The notes under the pieces: generated by a model
The model's database searches: none
What the model saw: only the letters and a program-made list of their open reading frames with translations
What the model was told of the DNA's origin: nothing
Position numbers and translations under genes: made by a program
NCBI RefSeq assembly: GCF_009914755.1
Contig: NC_060936.1
From: the human T2T-CHM13v2.0 reference genome, Homo sapiens
Reading direction: 5' to 3' (one strand)
Length of the DNA stretch: 64,000 bases
Shown: piece after piece, positions 40,849 to 54,177 of the stretch
Layout: every line of letters begins with the position of its first letter
Numbering within the stretch: position 1 is the first letter of the stretch

Positions 40849-42799
40849 TATTCAATCTTCCAACAAACATGTATCACACTGAGGCACTAGAGTGACAAAA
40901 ATTAATCAAACAAGGTCCATTATCTTGAACAGCTTATAGTTATAAAACATACAACCAGACATATTATAACATGTGTTTTTAAAGAAGTTTTGTGAGCTTC
41001 AGAGGAAGACAAAATAAAATCTTTCCAGAAAAAGATGGAGCCTTGGAGGACAGGTAGGACTTAGATATGCAGAAATGAGTGAGGTGCATTCCAAGCACAG
41101 GAAGCATGCACAAGCAAAGATATGGAGCTCGGAAAGTACAGACGGCACAAGAAAACTGAGTTGTTTTGTATGTATGATTGCTGAAAGAAGACATGAAGGG
41201 AGAATGGTGAAAAATAAGGTTGCAAAGGTAGGTTATAATGTTTGAGGGATATAAGTAATCTAACCAAAGTAATCAGCATAAGTGGGACTCAAACCCAAAT
41301 TTTACTCTGCAGTTGGAGCTCTTACCTTGCTAGTGCTATATTCCAAACTTCTTAACACAGTATATAGCTCAATCAACTTGAAAAAATAGATACAGGACTA
41401 TCAAGAGAACTCAACTCGTTTTTGAAAGCCATCTATATCATTCTTTCATTTAAGAACTGGGAGATGTATATTTTAAGGCAACTGATGCACAAACTCTATA
41501 GACAGCGATCTCAGTATCTGTCATATTAAAAGTAACTGTGTTTTTCTGAACACTACTAGAATTCAGAGCAGAAATATGAGTCCCCTTGAAAAAGGGGACA
41601 GGAAGCCCTAAGTTGTTAAGCAGTTGCTTATACCTGGATAGATCTTGTTCACTTTATTGTAAATGGAAGTGGGAATCTTGGTTGAGTGAAAATCAGTCCG
41701 GCTAAGTTCTCAGTTCCATCAATGTTTAAGGCATGCAAGTGGTTTGGCTGTTATGCCTATGTCACCTTGGCCTCTTCTATGAGGGCCACAACACAGAGTT
41801 CACCCCTTGTAATTTTTGTCCCCAGTGGGTATTCACTGCCTGACTCAGAACTTTGAAAAGTTGGAGACAAAGGTAATGGGCATAAAATGACCCCCAACTC
41901 CAACACATACACATGCTGGTAGTGATATAAAGAAATGTAATAGGAAAGCATAATTTCCTTTTTTATTCTAAATTAAAAAACAATCACTTTCCTGTTTTAT
42001 GCTATAGCTGACACAAGTAGTAGAAAAATTTGGAAGCACAAACTGCAACAATATGACAGTCAAGGGCATGGACTCACTGATGATAAAAAGAAAGGAGGGT
42101 TTACATTTCCAAATATTCTCCACTTCTGTTATCTTTTTATTAGGGAACGCCATTTGAGACAATGAGTTCTGTCTTTGGAATAAAATCTAACATGGAAAGC
42201 AAAATGAAATTTATACTCCTTATTAATTCATTGTGCATAAAATCAGGTGTCATTGGTTGTATTGTGTAACGGCTTGCTGAAAATCATTACAAATACACAC
42301 AGCACAATTCTAGTATTACTTTAAAATCAGCTTCCCCTTGAAAACAAAATCCGGATATTTTTTATAAAAATACATTCTCTAATTCTTACCTGGGAAATGG
42401 CTCCTAAATGAACAGATGATACCTTTGCAATTTGAAGTTAAGAGCTGCTTATTTGTCACTAAGGCAGTTAGTTTTGACTATGCAGTTTTCGTTTTATATC
42501 AAGCAAATACATTTTTTTATTTTCCTGTTTTAAATATTATTTTCATGGTTACATTTATTTAGAGAAAATTATCTATGGTTTACACATAAAAGACAAGCAT
42601 CAATTGAGCAAATTATGGCATTTATAATTAAATGCTTCTTGTATGCAGTCTCCAACACTGCTAAAGGAAGCCATCACTCTAACATAATATTGAATATGTT
42701 TAGCATAAAATTGCATTAAACAGACCCTCAGAATTCTTATTAATTTATTTGGGATGAAATAAGCAGATTTTTTTTTTTTGGTCACACGTTTTCATGTAA

Positions 42800-43119
<320 letters not shown>

Positions 43120-43399
43120 GACTTGCTCATTATTTTTAAAAGCATATTTTACATGAGTGATACCGGGGTACTTGATAACTGACTGAGCCATTGTTCCATT
43201 TGAAATAAAAATATGGAGACATTTCAGGTGAGAATTTTTGGCATTAAACCAAAGAATGATGAATAGTACATTTTTCAAAAAAGATAGCAACAATATTAAA
43301 AAATTTAACAAACAGAGTCCCTTGATTAACAGAGACTGGAGTGAAAGTGAGGTGAGACTGTGTGAAACTCACAAAAGGCCCCAGTTAGGTTGATCAGTG

Positions 43400-44810
43400 G
43401 GGTTCCAAGACATAACTTTGAAATTAGGCAATCCTTGACTCTTCCTTCTCTCTTACCTAGTCAGTATCTCAGCCCATCGGATTTTATCTCCTTTTCTAAA
43501 ATTGAAATGCTTTGCTCTTTCTTACTCAGACTTTTCCTTTTCTCATTATGAGAGCTCAGCTCAAATATCACCTCCTCAGAGAGGCCTATTCTGATCCCTA
43601 ATTTAAAGTAATCATCCTCTTAGCCCTCACCCCACCTACTACTCACTGCCTCCTACCTCCTCCAGTCATTCCTATCTAATGTATCATCTTCCTATTTTAT
43701 TTACCTGAGGTTACTTATATTTGTTTTCTTGCTTATTTTCTGTCCCTCCCACTAGAATGTAAGATTTATGGAGGTAAGGACATTCCATGTTAACTGTTGA
43801 ATCCCTAGTGCCCAAACTCTGTGGCAAGTATTTGAAATAACACCTATCCACAGTGTCCTAATTCAGGTCCTTATAATATCCTGTCTGGGTACCTGTAAGA
43901 GTTCCCTGGATGTTTTCCTTAATATCAGCCTCATCTTCCTCAACCCATTTTTTGCACTAGAGCTGGATTGTTCTCTGTAATTCAAATCTAATGATGTCAC
44001 TCCATTACACAAAGCTCTTCATTGGTTCTTCACTTTCCAAATGAATATTGTCGAACCATACAGAGTGGTGTGCAGTATCACTTTAAGTAGTTCAAAAAAG
44101 AATATTTTAATTTAATAGTTTTTAAAATTTATTTTAATATGCGTTAAAACAAACCATCAATTAGCACATTAACGACTTCACAGATCTTATTACTGAAGAT
44201 GAGAAAAAATAAAAGTTATAATCCATTTACAGACATGGAAAAATTAATGAATGTGTCTTTAAAAGAGTTTTGAATGTGATCAGAGACTAATCTAAAGGAT
44301 AAAGCCCAATGCCTTCTCTTCAGTTTCACAGAGTCCCTGCCTATCTCTCTGGCATAACATTCACTACTTCTTGCCTTGCGCTTTATATCTTGGCAAATTC
44401 AAATTATTTGCAGCTCCGCCAATTCATCACATTCTTTATGGCCTCTCTCTTTTTAGTTCAGTTATCTCCTGTGCCTAGAATGCCTTTGGTTGGCTGCTTT
44501 CTCCCTGTTTACTGTCACATGGTTAGCTCTTCTCATTCTGTGACTCAGCTCATGAATCACCAACTTCATGAAGCCTTTGTTGTTTGTTTGTTTCTCTTTC
44601 CTCAGGTTTGGTTAGGTACTACTTCTTTGTTCTCCCTTAACATTCTGTAAAAACGTTTTGTTTATACCTACTGCATTGAAAAATAACTATTTGTGCATAT
44701 CTATCCTTCAAGTGAAATATTCCTAAGATTAGGGATAATGTTTTCTTTACATTAGTATCCCTAGCTTCTATTATAGGACCTATTCTGAATAGGTGCTCAG
44801 TTAAAATAAT
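43400..44810 (+). mobile_element. Cluster of L2 fragments
   Basis: 'cagctcaaatatcacctcctcagagaggcct', 'ccactagaatgtaag', 'gatgtcactcc', 'taggtgctcagt'. Confidence 0.55.
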
Positions 44811-44920
44811 TAGTTAAGAGAAGGGGCCATAACATCAATAATTAAAAAGTTAAATTAAAAAGTTGTTCACCCACAGTATGAGACACATCATATATTTATT
44901 CAGTCAGTAGTCAGTCAATA

Positions 44921-44923
<3 letters not shown>

Positions 44924-44967
<44 letters not shown>
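44924..44967. repeat. Perfect (TA)22 microsatellite
   Basis: Direct count, 44 bp uninterrupted. Confidence 0.95.
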
Positions 44968-44971
<4 letters not shown>

Positions 44972-45780
44972 CTAAATGTTAAAAAGTATGGGCACTTAAA
45001 ACTAGTTTGTCGAAGAGATAAATGAAAAGGTCTTAGCAACATGGCATAGTAGGACCTGTTGGTGGGGAAGAAGGATGAACCAAGACTGGAGTGAAGGAAG
45101 GATTGGGTAATAGCTGGAGGTAACAGTTGATTTTATTGATTATAAATGTTACATCTCATCAGAGATGGTACCACAGTCCATACTTACCAAATCAAAGGTG
45201 CATGTGGGAATGAGAATTGGTGGTGCTAATAGAATACATGTCAGTGAAACTTTCAGATATCAGATGTTCTGTTTTTTGTCTTTCAGTTGGGAGATGGAAT
45301 CAGTGATTATCAATGTTCACCTGATAACACCGCAAAAGGGGCCAGGGCAAACTGCTAGTAGGAACTGTGCAGAGACCCTAGTATGAAAAAATTTATTCAA
45401 TAAACAGTGTCTTCTATGGACCAAACACTGTGGATATAGAGATGATTCCAGTATGATATTATTATGGTTTATAATGACCATAAGTGATTGCTATAAAAGA
45501 AGGGAACTGTTGTCGAGCTTCAGAGCTAACCCAGGGATTACATCTTTGTTAGACATAATAGATTAAGGCCATGTGACTAGAACACTCTTTTCAGAAAACT
45601 TTGTTAGTGCTTGAGAAATAACATTAAAATCCAAGCAAAAGACAATTCTGGGAAAATGATGAAGTAGGAAGCACCAGAAATCTATCTCCCTGCTTAGACA
45701 ATAATTGCTCTAGCAGAATCTGTCTACTATAACTATTTTGGAACTCTGGAGTATAATGAAGACTTGAAGCGTCCAGGAGA

Positions 45781-45920
45781 AGGATAATTGGGATATCCAT
45801 CATGTTAAACATTTATCCTGATTTGACCAATACACACTGTACACAGGTATCAAAATATTACATGTAGCCCCAAAATATGTACAGCTATTATATATCCATT
45901 AAAAATGTTAAAAATAAAAT
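45781..45920 (+). mobile_element. Short L1MA 3' end with an inverted 5' segment
   Basis: 'gtatcaaaatattacatgtagccccaaaatatgtacagctatta' plus A-rich tail; 45788-45812 reads antisense. Confidence 0.7.
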
Positions 45921-46742
45921 TTGAAGTAAAGAATTAAGTAATTTCCTTTGCTTCACTAATTAGCAGAAAATTTGAACATAACATACATTTTGAGAGTTTG
46001 GATTATAATCATTTTTAAGGATAAAACCTATAAATCCCTTTCTTCTCTAGACCATTTGAGAGACTTTTTATAAAAAGCATCATTTGAAGATATGCTTTTA
46101 TTTTTTTCTTATAAAGCTTCAATAATCTCTTGAAGTTGTTCATACACTTCTACAATGCATTTGCTATTCCACTGATTATTGTGCAGTGCTATTACTGACC
46201 CTACCAATATCTCTGGATCATGCTACATTTGGAGAATAATATTCTCCCATATATCCAACATGCAGTGGTGGGACAGGCATAGGATAACCTCTACAGATAT
46301 TTGCAATCAAAAGGAGGGAAAATGGAAGTTGAGCAAGTTACTGGTCTGTAGACATTCTGAAATCCAGTTGGGTGCAGATTGCATTTCTTGAGTAGGGCTC
46401 CATCTTATTGGAGTTGTTCACTATTGTTCTTAGTTCTACTTTCTGGGTTTTTGTTTCCTCCCTCTGAATGATCCTACTTTTCATATAAGAAACATTCTTA
46501 TGCCTGCTTTCTGTTCATAAAAGCTCAGGGGCCCAAAGGTCTCTTAATATATTGTACTTTCTCTGTCCCTTCTATTCCAAGCTAGGGATGCTTCCACCAG
46601 AATAATTATCTAAAAACATTGTGGGATTTGTGTTTACTAATTGACAATTCGCACAATTAGATAAATGTCATATCCACAAATCTTTCTGACATAAGTCTTT
46701 GTCTACCTTGAGTTCCCTGTAAGACTGTTGTATGACTCTCTA

Positions 46743-47273
46743 CAATCCTGTCCAACCCACGGCCCATGGGCTGCATGCTTTGAATGTGACCCAACACAAA
46801 TTTGCAAACGTTCTTAAAACATTATCAGATTCTTTTTTTTTTTTTGCGATTTTTTTTTTTTTTTTTTTTTGAGACGGAGTCTTGCTCTGACACCCAGGCT
46901 GGAGTGCAGTGGCACAATCTCGGCTCACTGGAACCTCCACCCCTCCAGGTTTAAGCAATTCTCTGCCTGAGCCTCCGGAGTAGCTGGGATTACAGGCGCG
47001 TGCCACCACACCCGGCTAATTTTTTGTATTTTTTGTATTTTTAGTAGAGACGGAGTTTCACCATCTTGGCCAGGCTGGTCTTGAACTCCTGACCTCATAA
47101 TCCACCTGCCTCGGCCTCCCAAAGTGCTGGGATTACAGGTGTAAGCCACGGCACCCGGCCTTTTTTGTGATTTTTTTAAAGCTAATCAGCTATTGTTAGT
47201 GTATTTTATGCATGGCCTGAGACAATTCTTTGTCCAATGTGTCCCAGGGAAGCCAAAAGATTGGACATTGCTG
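46743..47273. mobile_element. MER30 hAT MITE split by an Alu
   Basis: 'gctttgaatgtgacccaacacaaatttgcaaac' and 'ccagggaagccaaaagattggaca'. Confidence 0.8.
46850..47160 (-). mobile_element. AluS inserted in the T-tract of MER30
   Basis: Full dimer on minus; TSD ttttttg(c/t)gattttttt on both sides. Confidence 0.92.
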
Positions 47274-48308
47274 CTCTGCAATGCCCTTAGATTCTCAGAA
47301 CCCTTATTTTTTAGGGCGGAGGAGACTCAAGGCATGCCCTTAAGGTCTTAGGTCTTCTGTCATCTGAAAGTTTCTATGAGTCACTATATTTGATCTTTTG
47401 AGGGCTTAATAAGGAGTTTTGTAAGCATACCCAGGGATTACACCTTAGACTTTACTTCCCTGATAGCGCTCTGGATTTGAACTCTGACCCAGAGCTATTT
47501 ATTAATTTTAGTTTCATTTGACATCTGGAGAGACTAAGAACAAAAACCACTTTTTTTTTGTACAAATAATCTTGCCCCCTTTGTAATGAACAGTCTGTTC
47601 TTTTACTTATCTCTGTTTTCTCACATTTTGTCATCTAACAAGAAGAAGACAGGTGGCACTTTCAATAATCTGCCTGGAAATCTTAGATTGTCATTAGATA
47701 CTTTTACTATTTTCCATGTTATTGCAACCAACAGAATTGCCAGACATTCTGCCACCATATTACAAAAGTCTCCTTTCCTCCAGCTTCCAATCACATTTTC
47801 CATACTTTCCTTTAAGCTCCCAGGGACGATCTACCCAGCGCTTCTGCTAACACCTGCCTTTTTAGTCTTTCCCCAACATTCTTCATGAAGCACTTTCACT
47901 AACACTTTTTCAATGCCCTTTTAGTTTCTGCCTGCTACTTGGTTCAAAACCTACACCATATGTTATAGGATACTATAATATGACATGATAATAGCATCAT
48001 ATTTCCAGGTATTAAAATTTGTTCTAGTCCTCTATTGTTACATAAAATAGTATCTTAAAAATGCAGTTTCAGTAAGACAGTGGATGGGACTGGGGTCAAT
48101 GCAAAGGTTTTCTCACTCACATGTTTGGTGGTTAATGCTGGCTTTCAAATGAGACTTTACTTGGGTTGTTAGCCAGAACAGTACACAGGACTTCTCCACA
48201 TGGCTATTGTGCTTCCTTAAAGCATGGTGGCTGGGTTCTAAGAGTGAGATTTCCAAAGGACCAGGCAAAATCTACATTGCCTCCTATGACCCTAGTCTTG
48301 AAGGTCAC

Positions 48309-48975
48309 TTTTTAATAATTGTTTTTATTTTAAAATTTTTGTGGGTAGATAGTAGGTGTATGTATTAATGGAGTAAATGAAACATTGTGATACAGCCATA
48401 TAATGCATAATAATCCCAGAAGGATAAATGGTGTATCCATCATATCAAGTATTTATCCATTCTTTGTTTTATAAACAATTTAATTCTACCTTTTTAGTTA
48501 TTTTAAAATGTACGATAAATTAATGTTGACTATCGTCACCCTGTTGTGCTATCAAATACTAGATTCTATTCATTGCATCTAACTACTTTTTGTACCTATT
48601 AACCACCCCCTGTCCCCACTATCCTTCCCAGCCTCTGATAACCTTCATTTTACTCTCTATCTTCATGAGTTCAATTGTTTTGATGTTTAGCTCTACAAAT
48701 AAGTGAGAACATGCAAAGTTTGTCTTTCTATGCCTGTCTTATTTCACTTAACATAACATCCTCCAGTTCCATCTGTGTTGTTGCAAATGACAGGATCTCA
48801 TTCCTTTTTATGGCTTAATAGTACTCTATTGTGCATATGCACCACATTTTGTTTATTCATTTGTTTGTTGATGGACACTTAGGTTGTTTCCAAATCTTGG
48901 CTATTGTGAATAGTGCTGCAACGAACATGGGAGTGCATTTATCTCTTCAGTATACTTCTTTTGGGGTATATACCT
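48309..48975 (-). mobile_element. L1MA 3' fragment
   Basis: 'gtcaccctgttgtgctatcaaatactag', 'aataagtgagaacatgc', 'ggacacttaggttg...ttggctattgtgaatagtgctgc'. Confidence 0.85.
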
Positions 48976-49505
48976 GGCCACTTAGTGTCACTTGTGCCAT
49001 AGTCACTGGCTATACCATATTCAAACATAAATATAAATCTCACCTCTTGATGGAAAAATGTCATTATCATTTTGTAAGGAAAATGTATAGATGGAAAGAT
49101 GTTATTGTGGTCATCCAAAATACAATCTGTCACAGTCTGTGATAGCTAACCTGCTAAATTCATCTTCAGTCTCAATTTTCCATTAAAAGAAAAGAAATGA
49201 TTTTGAGTGACACTAGCTCCCAGTGTCAGCAATTTAAAAATTAAAATGAACTTGATGATGCTTCCCTGAGAATGCCAGAAGTAGTAAATTAAGAAGTAAA
49301 CTTTTCAAGAGAAAAAATTGTCCTGGATCTAAAAGAGTAGGAATACAGACAACAATACTCCCTATGCCAGAATAATTTAGCATGCTTACTCTGTTAGATT
49401 TTACTGAGTCCTTACTTAGCAGACAAAGGATGAGGTTTATTACTTTTTGATGAATGAGAGTTGAGTTAGAGAAGCTCTGGGTGAATATTTCATCTCACTA
49501 GACGG

Positions 49506-49969
49506 TTTGGGACATTAAATTTTGGGCATTAAATTATGTCCCCATCTCCTCCCGAAATTCAAATGCTGAAGCTCTAACTCCTAGTAGCTTAGTGACTGTA
49601 TTTGGATATAGGCCCTTTAAAGTGATGTATTTGGATATAGGCCCTTTAAAGTGATGATTAAAGTAAAATGATGCTGTTATGATGGGCCCCAATTCAGTAT
49701 TACTGATGTCCTTATAAAAATAGGAAATTTGGACATGCTGAGAGACACTTGAGATGTGTTTACACAGAGTGGAGGGCCACCATGTGAGGAGGAAGCAAGA
49801 GGGTGAGCATCTCTCTCACCTATAAGGAGAGAGACTTCAAAAGAAGCCAACCCTGCTGCAACCTTGATTTTGGACTTCCAGCCTCCAGAACTGTGAGAAA
49901 ATACATTTCTACTGTTTAAGCCACCCAGTCTGTGATATTTTGTTATGGCAGCCCTAGTAAAAGTATACA
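49506..49969 (+). mobile_element. MLT1B-like MaLR solo LTR
   Basis: 'gtccttataa', 'accttgattttggacttccagcctccagaactgtgagaaaatacatttc', 'tttgttatggcagccctag'. Confidence 0.8.
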
Positions 49970-51337
49970 CCATTTTTAAAGTAAGGATAATAAAACCTTC
50001 TTCTGACGATGGAATCAGACATTTAAAAAACATCACACTGTGCCTGCCATTTTATAGGTAGCAGATGAAGAAATCACCCTTTCTGTAATAAGATTGTGCT
50101 ACATATCAGTCAGTAGAGAAAGGTGAAGGCTCAACAAATATGGAGGCCCTTTAATAGTCTTGTAATATTTTACTTCTCTGGATGTTACATGATCTCTGTA
50201 TAGTTCCTTAATATTTTATTAGATAAACACTGTGACCCCTTTTTGAAGTCACCTAACTTACGTCTACATTCCCCTTTCTTGCCGAATATCACTAGGTCCC
50301 TTCTCCCCTACCTGTCATGAGGGCTTACTTCCTAACCTGATGATCACAGAGCAGTTCTTGAAAGGAGTCTTGAGATACCTTCAAGTACAAAAGAGAACTT
50401 GTTATTTTGATGTATTAAAAAACTGAGACGTGATAGTCTCCAGGTGCCATCTGATAAGCACTCCCCCTCATCCATTCCTATCTGCCATGTAGTTCTTAGT
50501 AAATGACAAAGTCTTATTTTAAAATGTGACTGTGTTTATTTCCCACTGAGTACCCAATGAAAGGAAGATCACCCCTATTTACCCTTACCATGAATTAAAA
50601 GCAAAAACAAAATCACTGGATTCCTCCACAGGCCATGTAAGAATCATGTTATCAAAGCTACTTTGGTGCCACATCGAAAAATGGCAGCTGAGAATCCAAG
50701 GAAATATTGATTTTACCAGCAGAAAAGGGTCTGTGAAAATTAAAAAGAATATTGTTTATTGGAGAGAAATATAAAATAATAAAATAGGAGGCTCTAAAGC
50801 TATGTGTACACATGAAATGTTGAAGATAGAACCAAAGATGCACTTGTGGGTTAGTAAAGAGTTCTTCCCTTTACTTCTGAGGCTCGCCCAGTTCTACAGA
50901 AGTCCTTGAGTCCTCGGTACTGTTCAGTAGTTTGGGAAGCAAAACTGAACCCTATGCAGTCAAGATCTGGTTCAAGATAGTATGTGCTTTTGAACTGGTA
51001 TGAGTCACTAACTGGTGCTGAGTCTTAAGGGAACTCAGAGAAAAAGGTAAGTTCTTGATCACTGTAAGGTTGAATACACATTTATGGGGTGGAACAGACC
51101 AGACCATTGTGAAGTATTGCCCCATAGACTATTCCTGAATAGGTCTCATCTGGTAGCCTGAACAATAGATATTTGTCTTTCCTATTCAGGAGATAATTTG
51201 AACATGCTTTGTGATCATTCTCAGCAGATTCACTTGATTTGTGAGCAAACTGATGAAAGTGATAATCCACAGACCTAATTCTACATTTTAAGAGATAAAA
51301 GATAAAACTATTCAAGCGAGGATATTAGAAATCAAGC

Positions 51338-51750
51338 TGTCTGCCAAAGATTAATATTCCCTTCCACAGAATGGAGCCGCTGTGTTGCTGGGAAGCAGCT
51401 GCCCATCAGGAATTACATTTCTCTAGCTCCCTTCATTTAAGTGGGACCATGTGACAGAGAGCTGGCCAAGAGAATGCAGGCAGAAGTGATGCACACCACA
51501 TACAGGCCTGGCCCAGGGGAAACTTTCATGCAGTCTTCCACTGTCTTTCCCATCTGCTGGCTAGATATCAACACTGAGGCTGACTTCGGAAGCCATGTGT
51601 TGAATCCTGCAAGGTCTCTGTATGAACCCCTGTGTCCAGGTCCCATCATTTGGACTTTACATAAGCAAGGAAAATATTTGCTATTATGATAAACCACTAC
51701 AATTTTGGGGATGTGTCTGTTCCCACAGCTGATATTTATCTTAACTAATA
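51338..51750 (+). mobile_element. MLT1 (I/J-type) LTR
   Basis: 'gaccatgtgac...gcagaagtgatg', 'gaagccatgtgttga', 'atcttaactaata'. Confidence 0.6.
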
Positions 51751-52574
51751 TGGACAGAGACATAGGAAAAAAGAAGTTCCCCAAATATATTTTGTTTCCA
51801 TATGCTTTTGTGTACCCTCTTCTGCACTTCCTCCCCCTCTTTGATTCTTACACATCCTTCAAGACCAAGGTCAGGCATCACCTCCTCCAAGAAGACTTTG
51901 AAACCTCCCCAAGCTGAGTTAAATATGGATACTGCATGAAGGATTGTAATCTTCTGTGTATGTGATCATGTCCCAATATCTAACAACCTAACTGGTACAT
52001 ATTTGTAAAATTAATATGTAAATTAATAAAATAAATGGAGAAAGGGAAATACTTCAAGCAAAAAATAAAAAGTACAAGTCATCCTGAAAATATGAAAGGA
52101 AAAGTCTCTACTGGCTGTGGACAATGTAATTGCATTAAATATTTAAAAATATCTAGGTATGACTAGCCTTTCTGCTGCTTCATATGATCTTGTATTAACC
52201 TAAATTATTGCACCCAAAATGTAGCATATGGCACTTGGTACAAATCTGACTCTTTCACTAGATTGCGAATCCCCTGAAGACAAAGACTGTGGTTTTCTTT
52301 GTGTTTCCATTTTCAGGTCCCAGAATGGTGCCTGAAATGGTGTAGGCCCTCACCACATGCCCATTCACTGACTCGTTGACTCACTGACTGGCTCCAGGCT
52401 GGCCTTGAATTCCTGGGCTCAGACTATCCTCCTGCCTTTGTCCTTTTGTTCTGAGTCTTCCTCAGCATTTTCTGCCAACCCTTCTTTTCAGGCTGACATG
52501 GGTTAGGAGGTAATCTGAAAGCTTTCACCAATAAGAAAAATTAATTGAATTACATCAGCTCTATTATAAGGAAA

Positions 52575-52842
52575 AGGGCTATTGAGATATAATCTACATA
52601 CTGTAAAATTCATCTGTTTAAAGTATACAATTCAATGATTTTTAGTGTACTTAGAGAATTGTACAGCCACTCCCATAATCTAATTGTAGAAGATTTCCAT
52701 CATCCAAAAAAGAAACCTTGCAGCAGTCACTCCTCATTCACACTCTTCCCACCCCCAGCCCTAGGCAACCACTAATCCAGTTTCTCTCTCTATAGATTTG
52801 CCTATTCTAGACACTTCATATAAATGGAAGCATGCAATCTGT
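52575..52842 (-). mobile_element. L1MB 3' fragment
   Basis: 'tttaaagtatacaattcaatg', 'ccctaggcaaccactaatc', 'gatttgcctattctagaca'. Confidence 0.75.
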
Positions 52843-53007
52843 GGGGTGGGGTGGGGGGAGGTTGTAGAAGCTTTATCTTTTGACAAATGCTGATTAGCCT
52901 TGTAAAGTGCAGTTGAATATTATCAAACATGTTCTCAAAATGAACAAATATAGGAATAAGATGGGGGTTTCTGTAACTGTCTAAATTACTGAGAAATAAT
53001 AATTAGG

Positions 53008-53299
53008 GGTTGGGCATGGTGGCTCATGCCTGTAATCCTAGCACTTTGGGAGGCCGAGGTGGGTGGATCACTTGAACCCAGGAGTTCAGGACCAGCCTAG
53101 GCAACATGGTGAAACCCCATCTCTAAAAAAATTAGCTGGGCATGTGGTGCATGCCTATAGTCCCAGCTACCTGGGAAGATGAGGTCGGAGGATCACCTGA
53201 GCCTGGGAGGTTGAGGGTTCAGTGAGTTGTGATCGCACAACTGCACTCCAGCCTAGGTGACATGAGTGAGACCCTGTCTCAAAAAAATAAAAATAAAAT
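53008..53299 (+). mobile_element. AluJ-like
   Basis: Dimeric Alu, (AAAAT)n tail, TSD aaataataatta. Confidence 0.88.
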
Positions 53300-53399
53300 A
53301 AATAATAATTAAAGGAACCAGCAGCTCAAAATATATTATAAACAATTCTCATAATTGATATTTTATCCAAATATCAAAAATTCATACATTTTTCAGATG

Positions 53400-53516
53400 A
53401 AGGGTCTCCAGAGAAACAGAACCAATAGAGTCTGTGTGTGTGTGTGTATGTGTGTGTGTGTACGTGCATGTGTGTGTGTGAGAGAGAGAGAGAAAGAGAA
53501 AGAGAGATTGTTATAA
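53400..53516 (-). repeat. Inverted local duplication of the 3' end of the neighbouring MLT2 LTR
   Basis: 53400-53428 is the exact reverse complement of 54238-54266, and both share the same interrupted (TG)/(GA) microsatellite. Confidence 0.85.
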
Positions 53517-53566
53517 AATTTTATAACAAACACTAACATCGAGGAATGCTAGTGAGTAGACATGCA

Positions 53567-54146
53567 GCTATATGGTTTGGCAGGGCCTGCCAGTGCTCAC
53601 CATAAATGTCTTCTCCTTGTCTTGCTGGATACATAATCTGACTCTCTTCCTCAACTGTCCTTTATAGGTAGGTGACCATATTAGTTAGTTCTGGACAATG
53701 GAATATAAGCACAATTTATGTAAGCACAAGTTATGTGTTTTACTTGTGGGCTGCCATGGTACATTTTATGTTAACCTGATGGGGCCACAGAGTGCTCTGG
53801 TTTTTGGCCAAACATTATTCTAGGTGGATCTGTGAGGGTGTTTCTGGATGGGACTAACATTTGAACTGGTAGACTGAGTACAGTAGATTGCCCTCTCTAA
53901 TATGGGTAGGGCAATCAGTTGAAGACTAACTAGAACAAAAAGGCCGAGTGAAAAGGAATTCCCATTACCTGACTGCCTTTGGGCTAAGATGTTGTTTTCT
54001 TTTCTGCTTTCAGACTTGGATGGCAACATCAGCTCTCCTGGGTCTCCAGCTTGCTGACTGCAGATCTTAGGATATGTCAGCCTCCGTAATAGCATGAGCC
54101 AATTCCTTATAATAAATCTCTCTCTCTCTCTCTCTCTCTCTGTCTG

Positions 54147-54177
<31 letters not shown>

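Larger units (their letters stand above)
46190..49134 (-). mobile_element. MLT1 internal region plus adjoining MLT1 LTR (about 48020-49134), interrupted by MER30/Alu and L1MA
   Basis: MaLR-int motif 'gtggtgggacaggcataggataac'; LTR motifs 'ctcactcacatgt', 'agcatggtggctggg', 'cacctcttgatgg', terminal 'atctgtcaca'. Confidence 0.55.
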
